From: Methanocaldococcus sp. 28A
GTDB taxonomy: Archaea; AGJL01; Methanococci; Methanococcales; Methanocaldococcaceae
Direction: 5' to 3' (one strand)
DNA length: 64,000 nucleotides
Assembly (NCBI GenBank): GCA_049852185.1
Contig: CP187540.1
Under the pieces are notes generated by a model, which had not been told where the DNA came from, searched no databases, and was given only the letters and a program-made list of their open reading frames with translations. Below are positions 30,686 through 41,538 of this stretch, piece by piece. The position numbers and the translations under genes are program-made. Position 1 is the stretch's first letter; each line of letters starts with the position of its first letter.

Positions 30686-32339
30686 AATAAAAATATTTCT
30701 ATTATCTTTAGTTTTAATTTCAAGTGTTTATGCTTTACAAATAGGTGAAATTCAGTATCAACCAAATATTATTCATCCAGGAGATGATGTAGATTTGTGG
30801 ATTAAAATAACTAATGATAATTATAACAATGAAGTCAAAAATATAGTTGTTGAGATTTCCCCTCATTATCCATTTGAGTTAAAGCAAGTAAATCCAATTA
30901 AGGGCATTGCTAAAATAAGCCATCTAAATCCTGGAGAATCAGATATTGTACATTTCAAACTACATGTAAACGAAAATGCCCCTTCTGGAGATTATAGAAT
31001 AGATGTAAAGGTAAGTTATGATGAGATTGAGAAAGAGAATGGTGAAGAGATAACTCACCACTATGAATTTACTAAACCTTATTATCTCCATGTTTATGGA
31101 ATTGCTAGTTTTGAGATTAATGGGAATTTTAGCTTAATTCCTTCAAAAACCCAAACAGTTCCAATTATAATTAAAAATACTGGAACAGGGACTGCTAAGG
31201 AAGTTAATGTGTATATAGGATATTCTTTAAACTCAATTAATGCAGGAACTGAATCAACAACTATCTCTGCTTATGGGACAACACAAAACATAGAAAAAAC
31301 TATTTACTATCCCACCCCTATTCCTATGTCTAATCTACCAATCTCACCAGTTGGAGAAACAACGTATTACTTAGGAGCCTTAAAACCTGATGATAGTAGA
31401 GTAATTAATTTAAAATTATACACTGCAAGCAATTTAGTTGAGGGTGTTTATCAAATTCCAGTAGTGATTACATGGATAGATGAAGATGGAACAAAAAGGG
31501 CAGAGCAAATATCTATTGGAGCTTATGTAAAAGGAGATATCTTATTGGGAATATCTAATGTTGTTACTGACCCAAAAGAGATAAAGCCAGGAACCACCTA
31601 TGTGAGAATTGATGTAACAATAACTAACAATGGTCATGCAGAGGCAAAGGATGTTAAATTAAAATTAATAGCGAATAAACCATTTAAAGATAGCTGGAGC
31701 AACTGTAATATAAAAGATATTGGCAACTTATTACCAGGAGTTTCAAAAACTGTCTCTTTCTATGTAGATGTAGATAAATATGCCCCTGCAAAACACTATA
31801 AGCTTCCAATTGAAATTAGCTATTTAGACCCCTCAGATAAAGAATACAAAACTGAAAAATTTATAGATATCTATGTTAAACCAAAGCCATTATTTGAGAT
31901 TATAACAAAAGAAGTTAATGTAACTGCTGGAAAAGAAAACACCGTTTATATAAAAATAAAAAATATAGGAAGTGAGAAGGCAGTGAGGGTTAAGATTTCA
32001 GCAATTAGGAACTCTGGCCAACCATTTGATTACCCAGTTAAAAGTGATACTATAGGTACTCTCTACCCTAACCAAACAGGTACTGGAGTTATAGTTATAG
32101 ACGTTGATAAATCTGCCAAACCAAAACCATATATAATAACTCTTGAAATAAGATGTGCAGGAGATAGTGATGAAGGGGATTACAACGTCTATGTCTATCA
32201 AGAGCCGTTAAAGGTTGTAGTAGTTAATAATTCAAATTCAGAAAGTTTTTGGATATTAATTGGAATAATAGCAGTTATTGCCATTGTATTAGCTGTAAGA
32301 TATGCATTTAAAAGAAAAAATAATAAAGATAAAGAATAA
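30663..32339 (+). CDS. COG1361 S-layer-domain surface protein
   Basis: Signal peptide, repeated Ig-like N.G...A..V / L.PG modules, C-terminal TM anchor. Confidence 0.85.
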   Translation: MVLMLTNKIKIFLLSLVLISSVYALQIGEIQYQPNIIHPGDDVDLWIKITNDNYNNEVKNIVVEISPHYPFELKQVNPIKGIAKISHLNPGESDIVHFKLHVNENAPSGDYRIDVKVSYDEIEKENGEEITHHYEFTKPYYLHVYGIASFEINGNFSLIPSKTQTVPIIIKNTGTGTAKEVNVYIGYSLNSINAGTESTTISAYGTTQNIEKTIYYPTPIPMSNLPISPVGETTYYLGALKPDDSRVINLKLYTASNLVEGVYQIPVVITWIDEDGTKRAEQISIGAYVKGDILLGISNVVTDPKEIKPGTTYVRIDVTITNNGHAEAKDVKLKLIANKPFKDSWSNCNIKDIGNLLPGVSKTVSFYVDVDKYAPAKHYKLPIEISYLDPSDKEYKTEKFIDIYVKPKPLFEIITKEVNVTAGKENTVYIKIKNIGSEKAVRVKISAIRNSGQPFDYPVKSDTIGTLYPNQTGTGVIVIDVDKSAKPKPYIITLEIRCAGDSDEGDYNVYVYQEPLKVVVVNNSNSESFWILIGIIAVIAIVLAVRYAFKRKNNKDKE

Positions 32340-32400
32340 TATATTCTTCTTTTTTTAAATTTTCATTTTTAATTTTTTATTTTAATGTTTAGGTGGTTTT

Positions 32401-33561
32401 ATGGGAAAATTAGAGAAAAATGTGTTTGTTATCTGGATTACTACCTTTACAACAATGCTTGGTGTTGGTTTTATAGCTCCAATTATGGCAATATATGCCC
32501 AAACATTGGGAGCTACAAATTTACAAATTGGTTTAATATTTGGTTCATTTGCATTAGCGAGAACAGTAGCTCAAATTCCTGTTGGTGTTTTATCTGATAT
32601 ATATGGAAAGAAGTTTTTTATTGTTTGTGGGACATTTTTTTATGGAGTTTTTACCTTGATGTATAATTTTGTTAGTACAGTTTTAGGTCTTTTAATTGTA
32701 AGGACTTTCACAGGAATTTTTTCAGCATTTGTAACGCCAGTAGCAGGTTCTTATATAGCAGCAATAGCTCCAAAAACAAGATTAGGAGAATATATGGGAA
32801 TCTTTAATTCTGCAATTACATTAGGTTTTGGAGTAGGTCCTTTTATAGGAGGTTTTCTTGCAGATATATATGGAATTAAAACGCCATTTTACTTTTGTGG
32901 TTTTTTAGGGATTTTGGCGGCAATTATAAGTTATATGAAATTAGAAGATATTGTTTTTAATGAAAATACAAAAAATAGGAATATTAAAAATATATCTAAT
33001 TTATTTTCATTTGAATTTTTAAAAAATAGAAACTTTTTAGCTTCTTTTATTATTAACACATCAAATGTAATGATAAATGCAGGAATTTTTGCTTATTTGG
33101 CATTGTATGCAACTAACTATGATATAACTTTAACTCAAGTAGGAGCTATGATTGCATCTACAAATATCTTAATGGCGTTGCTTCAAAGAACATTTGGAAA
33201 GCTTTATGATAAATTTGGAAATGTGATGATAATTATAGGAATTTTTATAATATCATTTGGAATGTATTTACTTTCAATCTCAACTACTTTTTTGAGTATG
33301 ATAATTTCTTTAATAATTGTAGCAGTTGGTAGCTCAATTTCCTCCACTGCAACAACATCTCTCGCAGTTAAAGACATTCCAACACATAGAAAAGGAGAAG
33401 CTATGGGACTATTTACTACAAGTATAAACATTGGTATGTTTATTGGTGCAGTATCGTTTGGATTTTTGGCAGATATTTTGGGGATAGCAAATATGTATAA
33501 ATTTTCATCAATATTTTCAATTATTGTTGGAATTATAAGCTATTTAAGAATAGTGAGATAA
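32401..33561 (+). CDS. MFS transporter
   Basis: GVLSDIYGKK motif A; about 12 TM helices. Confidence 0.92.
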   Translation: MGKLEKNVFVIWITTFTTMLGVGFIAPIMAIYAQTLGATNLQIGLIFGSFALARTVAQIPVGVLSDIYGKKFFIVCGTFFYGVFTLMYNFVSTVLGLLIVRTFTGIFSAFVTPVAGSYIAAIAPKTRLGEYMGIFNSAITLGFGVGPFIGGFLADIYGIKTPFYFCGFLGILAAIISYMKLEDIVFNENTKNRNIKNISNLFSFEFLKNRNFLASFIINTSNVMINAGIFAYLALYATNYDITLTQVGAMIASTNILMALLQRTFGKLYDKFGNVMIIIGIFIISFGMYLLSISTTFLSMIISLIIVAVGSSISSTATTSLAVKDIPTHRKGEAMGLFTTSINIGMFIGAVSFGFLADILGIANMYKFSSIFSIIVGIISYLRIVR

Positions 33562-33689
33562 TTATTTCAATTCAAATTCAGCACTTTATTTAATATTTTC
33601 TTAAACAATTCATCCCTATTTTCAACAGTTAAGGTATATCTTTTTTTATTCTTATATCTAAAATATATCTATTTAGTTTGTATAACTGC

Positions 33690-33826
33690 TCACCGTTCTA
33701 GAGGAGTGGGACGGAGCCGTTCTGGTTATCTGCTACTTTTGAAACAAATGAAACAATTGTAGAGGATAACCTTCCAGTTTCCTATCTTCATCGGCTAGCT
33801 ATTGGAGGAAACGGGAACTTCCCATG
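33690..33826 (-). ncRNA. HgcC-family / TnpB omegaRNA-like ncRNA with no adjacent tnpB
   Basis: Minus strand AUGGGAAGUUCCCGUUUCCUCC..CGAUGAAGAUAGGAAACUGGAAGGUUAUC-CUCUAC..GUAGCA-GAUAACCAGAACGG resembles HgcC/TnpB 3' tails as I recall them. TATA-like element about 30 nt upstream. Confidence 0.7.
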
Positions 33827-33881
33827 GTTAAATTATTGTTATGTAGTTAAGTAGTTAATAATTACTATTCGAGTTAAAGAA

Positions 33882-33995
33882 TTATAGTTGCGTGCAAAAC
33901 TATTTTAATTAAAATAAGGTATTAAAGAATGCCTTCCTTAAAGAAGGCAGTCAAATTATCCTTTTTAAAGTTTATTTCATTTTGCACACAACTAT
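33882..33995. repeat. Palindromic MITE-like repeat, family A
   Basis: TATAGTTGCGTGCAAAA...TTTTGCACACAACTATA, near-identical to 869-981. Confidence 0.9.
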
Positions 33996-34184
33996 AAACT
34001 GTTACTATAAATATAAAAATAATGATGCATATTCTTTTATTTACAAATGAATCAAATTTCCAGTTCTTAAATCTCGATTATAAAAAATTATATACTTTAT
34101 GACCAAACTCCACCCACCAAATAGAAAAATTTATATGTGCTTTCTATAATGTATGAATATCAAAATTAGAAGATTGGTGATATC

Positions 34185-35468
34185 ATGGATATTGTGTTGT
34201 TCCTTGGATATCTGTCCATTCTTTTTGCTGGAGGTGCTATAATAGCAAAAATTGCTAAAAAGATAGATATTCCTGATATACCTCTATTATTAATATTTGG
34301 GCTTATATTATCTGCTTTAAATATTATTCCAAAAAATATTGTTGCAAGTTCTTTTGATTTTATTGGAAACTTTGGGTTAATAATTTTATTGTTCATAGGT
34401 TCTTTTGAAATGGAATGGAACGTTATGAAGAGAGTATTAGATGTTATTTTAAAACTTGATATATTAGCGTTATTAATAGTTTGGTTTATATCAGGAATCG
34501 TATTTAACTTCGTCTTTCACCTTCCAATATTGTCATTAATAGGTTTGTTATTTGGAGCTATTGTCTCTGCTACTGACCCAGCTACTCTAATCCCAATATT
34601 TTCTAAAATGGATATAAATCCTGAAGTAGCAATAACATTAGAGGCAGAAAGTGTATTTAACGACCCATTAGGAATCGTTGTAACGTTAATATGTTTATCA
34701 GCTCTTGGTTTGGCAAAAGCTGAGAATCCAATCCTCGAGTTTGTTTCATTAGCTGTTGGAGGAATTATTCTTGGATTAATTGCAGGTAAGTTTTATGAAA
34801 CTATTATATCAAAAATTAAGTTTGAAGATTATATTGCTCCATTTACATTAGGTTTGGCTATTGCTTTTTGGTATTTTGCTCAGGGTATTTTTCCATCAAT
34901 AACGGGCTATGAAATTAGTGGATTTATGGCTGTGGCTATCATGGGTCTATACATTGGAAATGTTATAGTCCATAAAAAAGAACATAAAGAAGATATGGAA
35001 AAAGTTGCTATATTTTTCGATGAATTATCAATATTTATTAGAATATTAATTTTTATATTATTGGGGGCAAGTATCTCAATACCTCTATTAGAAAAATACG
35101 CTGTTCCAGCGTTTATATGTGCATTAGGTTCTATACTTTTAGCAAGACCTATTGGGGTTTTAATAGCTACAGCTATCCCACCTATTAGACCACTTGCTGA
35201 AAGAATTTATATAGCTTTAGAAGGGCCAAGAGGTGTAGTTCCAGCAACATTATCAGCAATGGTATATACCGAAATTATGAAACATCCAGATATTGTCCCA
35301 AAAAGTGTAGCAAGTTTGATGCCTCCAGCAGAATTAGCTGGAACTATACTAGTAGCAACCTTTATGACAATAATAGTTAGTGTTATTTTAGAAGCTTCAT
35401 GGGCAAAACCATTAGCAAATATATTGTTGAAAAGTAAGACATCAAATAAGACCTCAACGTCCTCATAA
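34185..35468 (+). CDS. CPA1 Na+/H+ antiporter (NhaP type)
   Basis: ATDPA, EAESVFNDP, GPRGVVPA. Confidence 0.92.
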   Translation: MDIVLFLGYLSILFAGGAIIAKIAKKIDIPDIPLLLIFGLILSALNIIPKNIVASSFDFIGNFGLIILLFIGSFEMEWNVMKRVLDVILKLDILALLIVWFISGIVFNFVFHLPILSLIGLLFGAIVSATDPATLIPIFSKMDINPEVAITLEAESVFNDPLGIVVTLICLSALGLAKAENPILEFVSLAVGGIILGLIAGKFYETIISKIKFEDYIAPFTLGLAIAFWYFAQGIFPSITGYEISGFMAVAIMGLYIGNVIVHKKEHKEDMEKVAIFFDELSIFIRILIFILLGASISIPLLEKYAVPAFICALGSILLARPIGVLIATAIPPIRPLAERIYIALEGPRGVVPATLSAMVYTEIMKHPDIVPKSVASLMPPAELAGTILVATFMTIIVSVILEASWAKPLANILLKSKTSNKTSTSS

Positions 35469-35621
35469 TATTAAATTATATTAAATTATTTATTATTTTT
35501 TATTTAAAACATATTAGTAGTGTCACTTAAAAAAGTAAATATAAACCAGTGAAAAAATATAAAATTATTTAAAAAATTCTCAATTTTTAACATAAAATTT
35601 TTCATTATAATATGTGAAACT

Positions 35622-36251
35622 ATGATTTATATAGTTGGAGTTGGTCCAGGAGATAAAGATTATCTAACACTAAAAGCAATAAAAATCATTGAAAATGCTG
35701 ATTTAGTTGTTGGCAGTAAAAGAGCTTTAAAATTGTTTAATATAGATGAAAAGAAAATAATTCTAACAAAAAATTTAATTAATGAATTAAAAGAAATAAT
35801 AAACAATGAAGATATAGAAAACAAAAAAATTGTTATACTATCAACAGGAGACCCATGTTTTAGTGGTTTATTAAAAACACTATTAAAGATTGGTGCTAAA
35901 AAAGAAGATATTGAAGTTATCTCTGGAATTTCATCTATACAAATAGCAGCAGCAAAATTAAAAATCTCATGGGAAGATTATAATATAGTAACCCTCCATG
36001 GAAAAGAAGAAAATAAGGAAAAACTTTTAAATTTAATAAAAAATCATAAGAAAGTTATATTCTTACCAAACAATTTAAAGGAAGATGCAAAGTTTTTGAT
36101 AGATAATGGTGTAAATCCAAATACGAAAATTTGGGTGCTTGAAAATCTAACATATCCTAATGAGAAAATTAGCTTAAAATCTTTAATGGATATTGTTAAA
36201 GAAAATTTTTCTTACTTAACCGTCTGTGTTTATGAGGGAAACAATGATTAG
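35622..36251 (+). CDS. cbiE: Cobalt-precorrin-7 C5-methyltransferase
   Basis: VGVGPG, TGDP.FSG, GISS.Q.A.A, LHG, ENL.Y..E. Confidence 0.9.
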   Translation: MIYIVGVGPGDKDYLTLKAIKIIENADLVVGSKRALKLFNIDEKKIILTKNLINELKEIINNEDIENKKIVILSTGDPCFSGLLKTLLKIGAKKEDIEVISGISSIQIAAAKLKISWEDYNIVTLHGKEENKEKLLNLIKNHKKVIFLPNNLKEDAKFLIDNGVNPNTKIWVLENLTYPNEKISLKSLMDIVKENFSYLTVCVYEGNND

Positions 36252-36618
36252 AGAGCTACTATTAATAGGGATTGGAGGATTTTTTGGGGCTATTTTTAGA
36301 TATTTAATTAGCGGAATTGTCCCAGTAAAATTTGGATTGCCTACTGGAACATTGATAGTTAATTTAATAGGTAGTTTTATCTTAGGATTTTTGATGTATA
36401 GCTCTCTACTAACTTCAATACCAAGTGAATATAAATTGCTTATTGGAACTGGCTTTTGTGGAGCTTTAACTACATTTTCAACATTTTCTTATGAAACCTT
36501 TGCCTTAGTTGATGAAGGACTATTATTTAAAGCTCTGCTAAATATATTACTAAATATAATTGGCTGTTTAATTATGGTTTATCTTGGTAGAATTGTAGTT
36601 TTAGCCATATTTAGATAG
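36244..36618 (+). CDS. crcB: Fluoride channel Fluc/CrcB
   Basis: GG..GA..RY, GTL.VN..GSF, GFCGALTTFSTF. Confidence 0.95.
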   Translation: MIRELLLIGIGGFFGAIFRYLISGIVPVKFGLPTGTLIVNLIGSFILGFLMYSSLLTSIPSEYKLLIGTGFCGALTTFSTFSYETFALVDEGLLFKALLNILLNIIGCLIMVYLGRIVVLAIFR

Positions 36619-36620
36619 AG

Positions 36621-36956
36621 GTGAAATATATGATAAAAGTAAAAATTTTGAAAATTTATTCAAGAGAAGGAGATAAATTTAAAGGGGAGCTAATGTATAA
36701 ATATATAGTTAAAATGCTGAAAAGGGAGGGAATTAGTGGAGCTACCGTTTATAAGGGAATATGCGGTTATGGGGTTAGAGGAATAGCTGAAGTAGATATA
36801 TTTAGATTGTCCATAAACCTTCCAGTAATTATTGAATGCATTGATATTGAAGAAAATATAAATAAGGTATTGCCTAAATTACATGAAATTATCAAAGATA
36901 ATGGGTTGATAGTAATAACTGATGGCTATGTGTATAAAGGTGAAAATCATGAGTAA
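36621..36956 (+). CDS. DUF190 (PII-like) protein
   Basis: GISGATV.KG..GYG, LS..LP.IIE; usual crcB neighbour. Confidence 0.88.
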   Translation: MKYMIKVKILKIYSREGDKFKGELMYKYIVKMLKREGISGATVYKGICGYGVRGIAEVDIFRLSINLPVIIECIDIEENINKVLPKLHEIIKDNGLIVITDGYVYKGENHE

Positions 36957-39729
36957 AGTATTAGAAAAAATAAATAATTTCTTTAAAGAAAAGAGCTGGA
37001 TAAAAATCTTTTTAATTGTATTAATGTTAATGTTTCTAAGTTTCCAGCTGAGAGCTCAAACAGCTGATATGAAATTTGCTCAAGATAATGAGTTTTTAAA
37101 AAAGATGTTTTCAGATGAACATGGAAGGATGTATCTTTTAGGGTTAGACCCTTACCACTACTTAAGATTTTCTGAAAACCTTTACAATCATGGATATTGT
37201 GGGGATACACTAAAAGTTATTGATGGAAAAGTAGTGCCTTATGATTTATACCAATATGCACCTCCAGGACATCCTATAAGTTGGGAACCTCCTATAATTT
37301 GTTTAGCAACATTAGCAATCTATTTCATATGGCATTCAATTGATTCAACTGTAACAATTATGAACGCTGCTTTCTGGGTTCCTGCAGTTTTAGGAATGCT
37401 TTTAGGAATTCCAATTTATTTCATAGTTAGGAGGGTTACAAATAGTAATATTGGAGGAATTGTTGGAGCTATAGCTCTAATATCTGCTCCTGGTTTGTTA
37501 TACAAAACATCAGCAGGTTTTGCTGACACTCCAATATTTGAAATTTTACCTATACTCTTCATAGTGTGGTTTATCCTTGAAGCTATACACAGTCAAGAAA
37601 AAACAGCCTTATTTAAAAAAGACATTAAAAATCCAGTCTCATTATTTGTAATTATTGCATTAATTACTGAACTAATAATTGGAGCTTATCTAAATATTGC
37701 ATCAGGAGAAAGTGTAGTTATTGCTTCAATATTATTCTACACTATCTCAATATTAATCATATTAGTTGGTTTAGTAATAGCAGGAATTAAGAAATTAAAA
37801 GGTAATGACGTAGAGTTTGAATTATTTGCTTTATTGGCAGTAATCTTAACAGTTGTAGCTCCAAAAATGTGGGGTGCATGGTGGTATGGATTTGATATAA
37901 TAACAGCTTTCTTAATAATTTATATAATTGCATTGGCATTACTAAAATCACAAGTAAAAATAAAAGATTTTGTTTTAATTGGAAACTTTAAGAATGTTAT
38001 AAATTTAGCTGTCTTTTACATAATTGTGGTATTTATATTATTAACAGCCATATATGGAATAGGAATGGCATTATCTCCAATAACTAATCCAGTAGGGATT
38101 AATAAAATACTTTCTACCTATACTCTATCCACGGGTTGGCCTAATGTATATACAACTGTTGCAGAACTTGAAAAACCAAAGTCATTTACTGAGATATTTA
38201 TAAATGCTATTGGTTCAGACATTATGGCAATTTTAGGGATATTTGGAATAATATTATCATTTATTTCATTGAGATATAATAAAATAAAGTTTGATGTAAA
38301 ATATGCTATACTATTGGCAATTTGGTTATCAGTAACATTATATGCAGCTACAAAAGGGATTAGATTTGCATCTTTGGCTACACCTCCATTAGCTATTGGT
38401 TTAGGAATTCTTATTGGACAATTAGATAGATTATTAAAGATGAAAAATGACATAGTAATATTTGGATTAGGAATACCAATAGGAATATTTGGATTATTAG
38501 TAATTTCAAAATATGCTACAAAAATTTCTGAAATATTATTGCCAACAACCTATGTCCCTCCAATAGCTTACGGATTTTTAATTGTCTTAGCATTATTGGC
38601 TATTTATAAAATCTCAGATATCGTTACAGTAATAAATGATAAAAAAGAGACTATAATAAAGCTTTCTGCAGTATTGCTTTGTATTGGTGTAGTAATTCCT
38701 CCACTATCTGCAGTAATTCCATTTACAGCCGTCCCAACATTTAACAATGGTTGGAAATCAGGTTTAGATTGGATAAAGGCTAATGCACCAAAAAATGCAG
38801 TTATAACCTGCTGGTGGGATAACGGGTATATCTATTCATATGAAGCAAGAAGAATGGTAACATTTGATGGTGGGTGTCAAAATACCCCAAGAGCCTACTG
38901 GGTAGGTAGGGCTTTTGCCACATCAAACGAAAACTTGTCTATTGGAATAATTAGGATGTTGGCGACAAGTGGTGATGAGGCATTTAAAAAGGGAAGTGTC
39001 TTAATGAACTTTACACATAACAATGTCTCAAAGACCGTTGAGATATTAAATGAAATTCTTCCAGTAAGTAGAAGTAAGGCTTATGAAATATTAACTAAGA
39101 AATATGGCTTAACTCCTAAGGAAGCAAAATTAGTTTTAAATGCTACCCATCCAGAGCATCCAAATCCAGATTATTTAATAACCTACAACAGAATGACAGA
39201 TATTGCTCCAGTTTGGAGTATGTTTGGATTCTGGAACTTCTCTCTACCTCCAAACACTCCTGATACTAAGAGAGAGAAAGGAGCATTTTATAAAGGAATA
39301 GCGCTATACTTAGGAAATGGAACATTAGTTGCAAATGTAAATGTTTATGGATATAGCTATGTTACATTAATAAACAGAACAAATATTTCTACAGCAATAG
39401 TTCAAAAAATAAATGGACAGACAAGAATTATTGGAACATTTAAGATACATAAGTTGTATATTAAAACACCTTTAGGTGTTAAAGAAATTGTATTAAATAA
39501 AGATGGGCAGTTATCAGAGTTTATTAGAATAGAAGCAGATGGAAGAGGTTGGGCATGGTTATCAACAAGAAACTTAGAAGATAGTATATACGCTAAATTG
39601 CATTTCTTAGATGGATATGGGTTAAAGCATATAAAATTGGTTAAAGCAACAATAGACCCAACAGACTTTGGCGTTCAGCCAGGATTTAAAATATATGAAG
39701 TTGATTATGGAACTGACTATCTAAACTAA
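36949..39729 (+). CDS. aglB: Oligosaccharyltransferase AglB (STT3)
   Basis: DPYHYLR, GFAD, TVAE, WWDNG, DGG; many TM helices. Confidence 0.95.
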   Translation: MSKVLEKINNFFKEKSWIKIFLIVLMLMFLSFQLRAQTADMKFAQDNEFLKKMFSDEHGRMYLLGLDPYHYLRFSENLYNHGYCGDTLKVIDGKVVPYDLYQYAPPGHPISWEPPIICLATLAIYFIWHSIDSTVTIMNAAFWVPAVLGMLLGIPIYFIVRRVTNSNIGGIVGAIALISAPGLLYKTSAGFADTPIFEILPILFIVWFILEAIHSQEKTALFKKDIKNPVSLFVIIALITELIIGAYLNIASGESVVIASILFYTISILIILVGLVIAGIKKLKGNDVEFELFALLAVILTVVAPKMWGAWWYGFDIITAFLIIYIIALALLKSQVKIKDFVLIGNFKNVINLAVFYIIVVFILLTAIYGIGMALSPITNPVGINKILSTYTLSTGWPNVYTTVAELEKPKSFTEIFINAIGSDIMAILGIFGIILSFISLRYNKIKFDVKYAILLAIWLSVTLYAATKGIRFASLATPPLAIGLGILIGQLDRLLKMKNDIVIFGLGIPIGIFGLLVISKYATKISEILLPTTYVPPIAYGFLIVLALLAIYKISDIVTVINDKKETIIKLSAVLLCIGVVIPPLSAVIPFTAVPTFNNGWKSGLDWIKANAPKNAVITCWWDNGYIYSYEARRMVTFDGGCQNTPRAYWVGRAFATSNENLSIGIIRMLATSGDEAFKKGSVLMNFTHNNVSKTVEILNEILPVSRSKAYEILTKKYGLTPKEAKLVLNATHPEHPNPDYLITYNRMTDIAPVWSMFGFWNFSLPPNTPDTKREKGAFYKGIALYLGNGTLVANVNVYGYSYVTLINRTNISTAIVQKINGQTRIIGTFKIHKLYIKTPLGVKEIVLNKDGQLSEFIRIEADGRGWAWLSTRNLEDSIYAKLHFLDGYGLKHIKLVKATIDPTDFGVQPGFKIYEVDYGTDYLN

Positions 39730-39795
39730 AACTTTTTTATTTTTTAAAATGATAGTTAAAATATTATAAATTAAAGATTAAAAAAGGGATTTTTT

Positions 39796-40926
39796 ATGTT
39801 TCTATTAGACCCATTTTCTGGAATTAGTGGAGATATGTTTTTAGCAGCTATGATTGATTTTGTTAATAAAGAAAAGCTTATAAATACAATTAAAAAAGTT
39901 ATTGATGTTGATATTGAGATAAAAAGAGTTAAGAAATGTCATATAATTGCAAATAAGGTTAATATAATTCCAAAGTATAATGTTGATTATAAAGCAAATA
40001 CTTACAAAGATATTAAAAAAATTATTAAAAAAGCTGAGATTCCAAAAAATATTAAAATCTCTGCTTTAGAAATTTTAAAGATATTGACTGAGGCAGAAAG
40101 CAAAGTTCATAATGTAGATATTGAGGATGTTCATTTTCATGAAATTGGGAATTATGATACAATAGCTGATATTGTTGGAGCGGCATATATTATAAATGAA
40201 TTAAATTTAAAAAATAACTGTTTTTATAAACCAATAAATGTTGGAGGGGGTTTTGTAAAGACATCTCATGGAATAATGCCAGTTCCAGCACCAGCAACAG
40301 CTGAGATATTAAAAGGGCTTGAGATATTTTTTTCAAACATTGAGGAGGAGCTTACAACACCAACTGGAGCGGCTATCATTAAATATATAAATCCAAAACT
40401 GATTAAAGGAAGTTTTACAATAAAGGAAGTTTCTTATGGAGCAGGAGATAAAGATTTGGAGATATTGAATGTTTTGAGAGTATTTAAAATTGAAAATATC
40501 AAATTGGAAGATATTGTTTTATTGGAAACAAATGTTGATGACATTTCAGCAGAGATATTAGGTTATTTATATGAAGTTTTAGATGGAAAAGTTAGAGATT
40601 TACATTTTATTCCAACGTATATGAAAAAGAATAGACCTGCATATACAATAAGGGCAATCGTTAAAAGAGATAAAGTTAAAGAGGTAGCTAAGATTATAAT
40701 GAGAGAAACAGGGACTTTGGGAATTAGAGTTTATGATATAGGAAGAATAACCGCAGATAGAGAATTTGAAACTATAAAATTGTTTAATGAGCCTATTAAA
40801 ATAAAAATTGGAAAAATAGATGATGAAATAATATCAAAAAAAGCAGAATTTGAAGATTTAAAAAAGATAGCTAAAAAATATAAAATTCCATTGAAAGAGC
40901 TGTACTATTTTATTTTAAAAAACTAA
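39796..40926 (+). CDS. larC: Nickel pincer cofactor Ni insertase LarC
   Basis: GISGDM, AE..VH, VHFHE, HG..PVPAPA, TPTGAA, ETNVDD, MKK.RP. Confidence 0.92.
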   Translation: MFLLDPFSGISGDMFLAAMIDFVNKEKLINTIKKVIDVDIEIKRVKKCHIIANKVNIIPKYNVDYKANTYKDIKKIIKKAEIPKNIKISALEILKILTEAESKVHNVDIEDVHFHEIGNYDTIADIVGAAYIINELNLKNNCFYKPINVGGGFVKTSHGIMPVPAPATAEILKGLEIFFSNIEEELTTPTGAAIIKYINPKLIKGSFTIKEVSYGAGDKDLEILNVLRVFKIENIKLEDIVLLETNVDDISAEILGYLYEVLDGKVRDLHFIPTYMKKNRPAYTIRAIVKRDKVKEVAKIIMRETGTLGIRVYDIGRITADREFETIKLFNEPIKIKIGKIDDEIISKKAEFEDLKKIAKKYKIPLKELYYFILKN

Positions 40927-40970
40927 ATTTTTAAAATTTTTTATATTTAAAATTTAAAAATAGGGATATT

Positions 40971-41507
40971 ATGGTTGTTGAAGTTTTAAGATTAGGGCAT
41001 AGGGGAGAGAGAGATATGAGGATATCAACACATGTTGCTTTAACAGCAAGGGCATTAGGAGCTGAGAAGATAATATTCACAACTGAAGATGAACATGTTG
41101 AAAATAGTGTTAAAAAAGTTGTGGAAAGTTGGGGAGGTAATTTTAAGTTTGTTGTTGAGAAACATTGGAAAAAATACATTAGAGAATTTAAAAAAAGAGG
41201 TATTGTAGTTCATTTAACAATGTATGGTGCTAATATAAATGAGATAATGCCAGAGATTAGAGAATTGAGTAGAGAGAAGGATATATTGGTTATTGTTGGA
41301 GCTGAAAAAGTGCCAAAGGAAGTGTATGAATTGGCAGATTACAACATTTCTGTTGGAAATCAGCCACATTCTGAGGTTGCAGCTTTAGCAATCTTTTTAG
41401 ATAGGTTGTTTGAAGGTAAAACCCTCTATAGAGAGTTTGAAAATGCAAAAATAAAAATAGTCCCATCAAATCATGGAAAAGTAGTTATAAGAGAAAAACA
41501 AAATTAA
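40971..41507 (+). CDS. trm56: tRNA (cytidine(56)-2'-O)-methyltransferase
   Basis: [38 protein letters not shown]. Confidence 0.95.
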   Translation: MVVEVLRLGHRGERDMRISTHVALTARALGAEKIIFTTEDEHVENSVKKVVESWGGNFKFVVEKHWKKYIREFKKRGIVVHLTMYGANINEIMPEIRELSREKDILVIVGAEKVPKEVYELADYNISVGNQPHSEVAALAIFLDRLFEGKTLYREFENAKIKIVPSNHGKVVIREKQN

Positions 41508-41538
41508 ATAATATTAAATCATAACTGGAGTGATAACC

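Noticed and set aside
35470-36244. Fluoride riboswitch upstream of crcB
   Set aside because: crcB overlaps the cbiE stop, and the upstream intergenic region is AT-only with no GGCGATGG-type motif.
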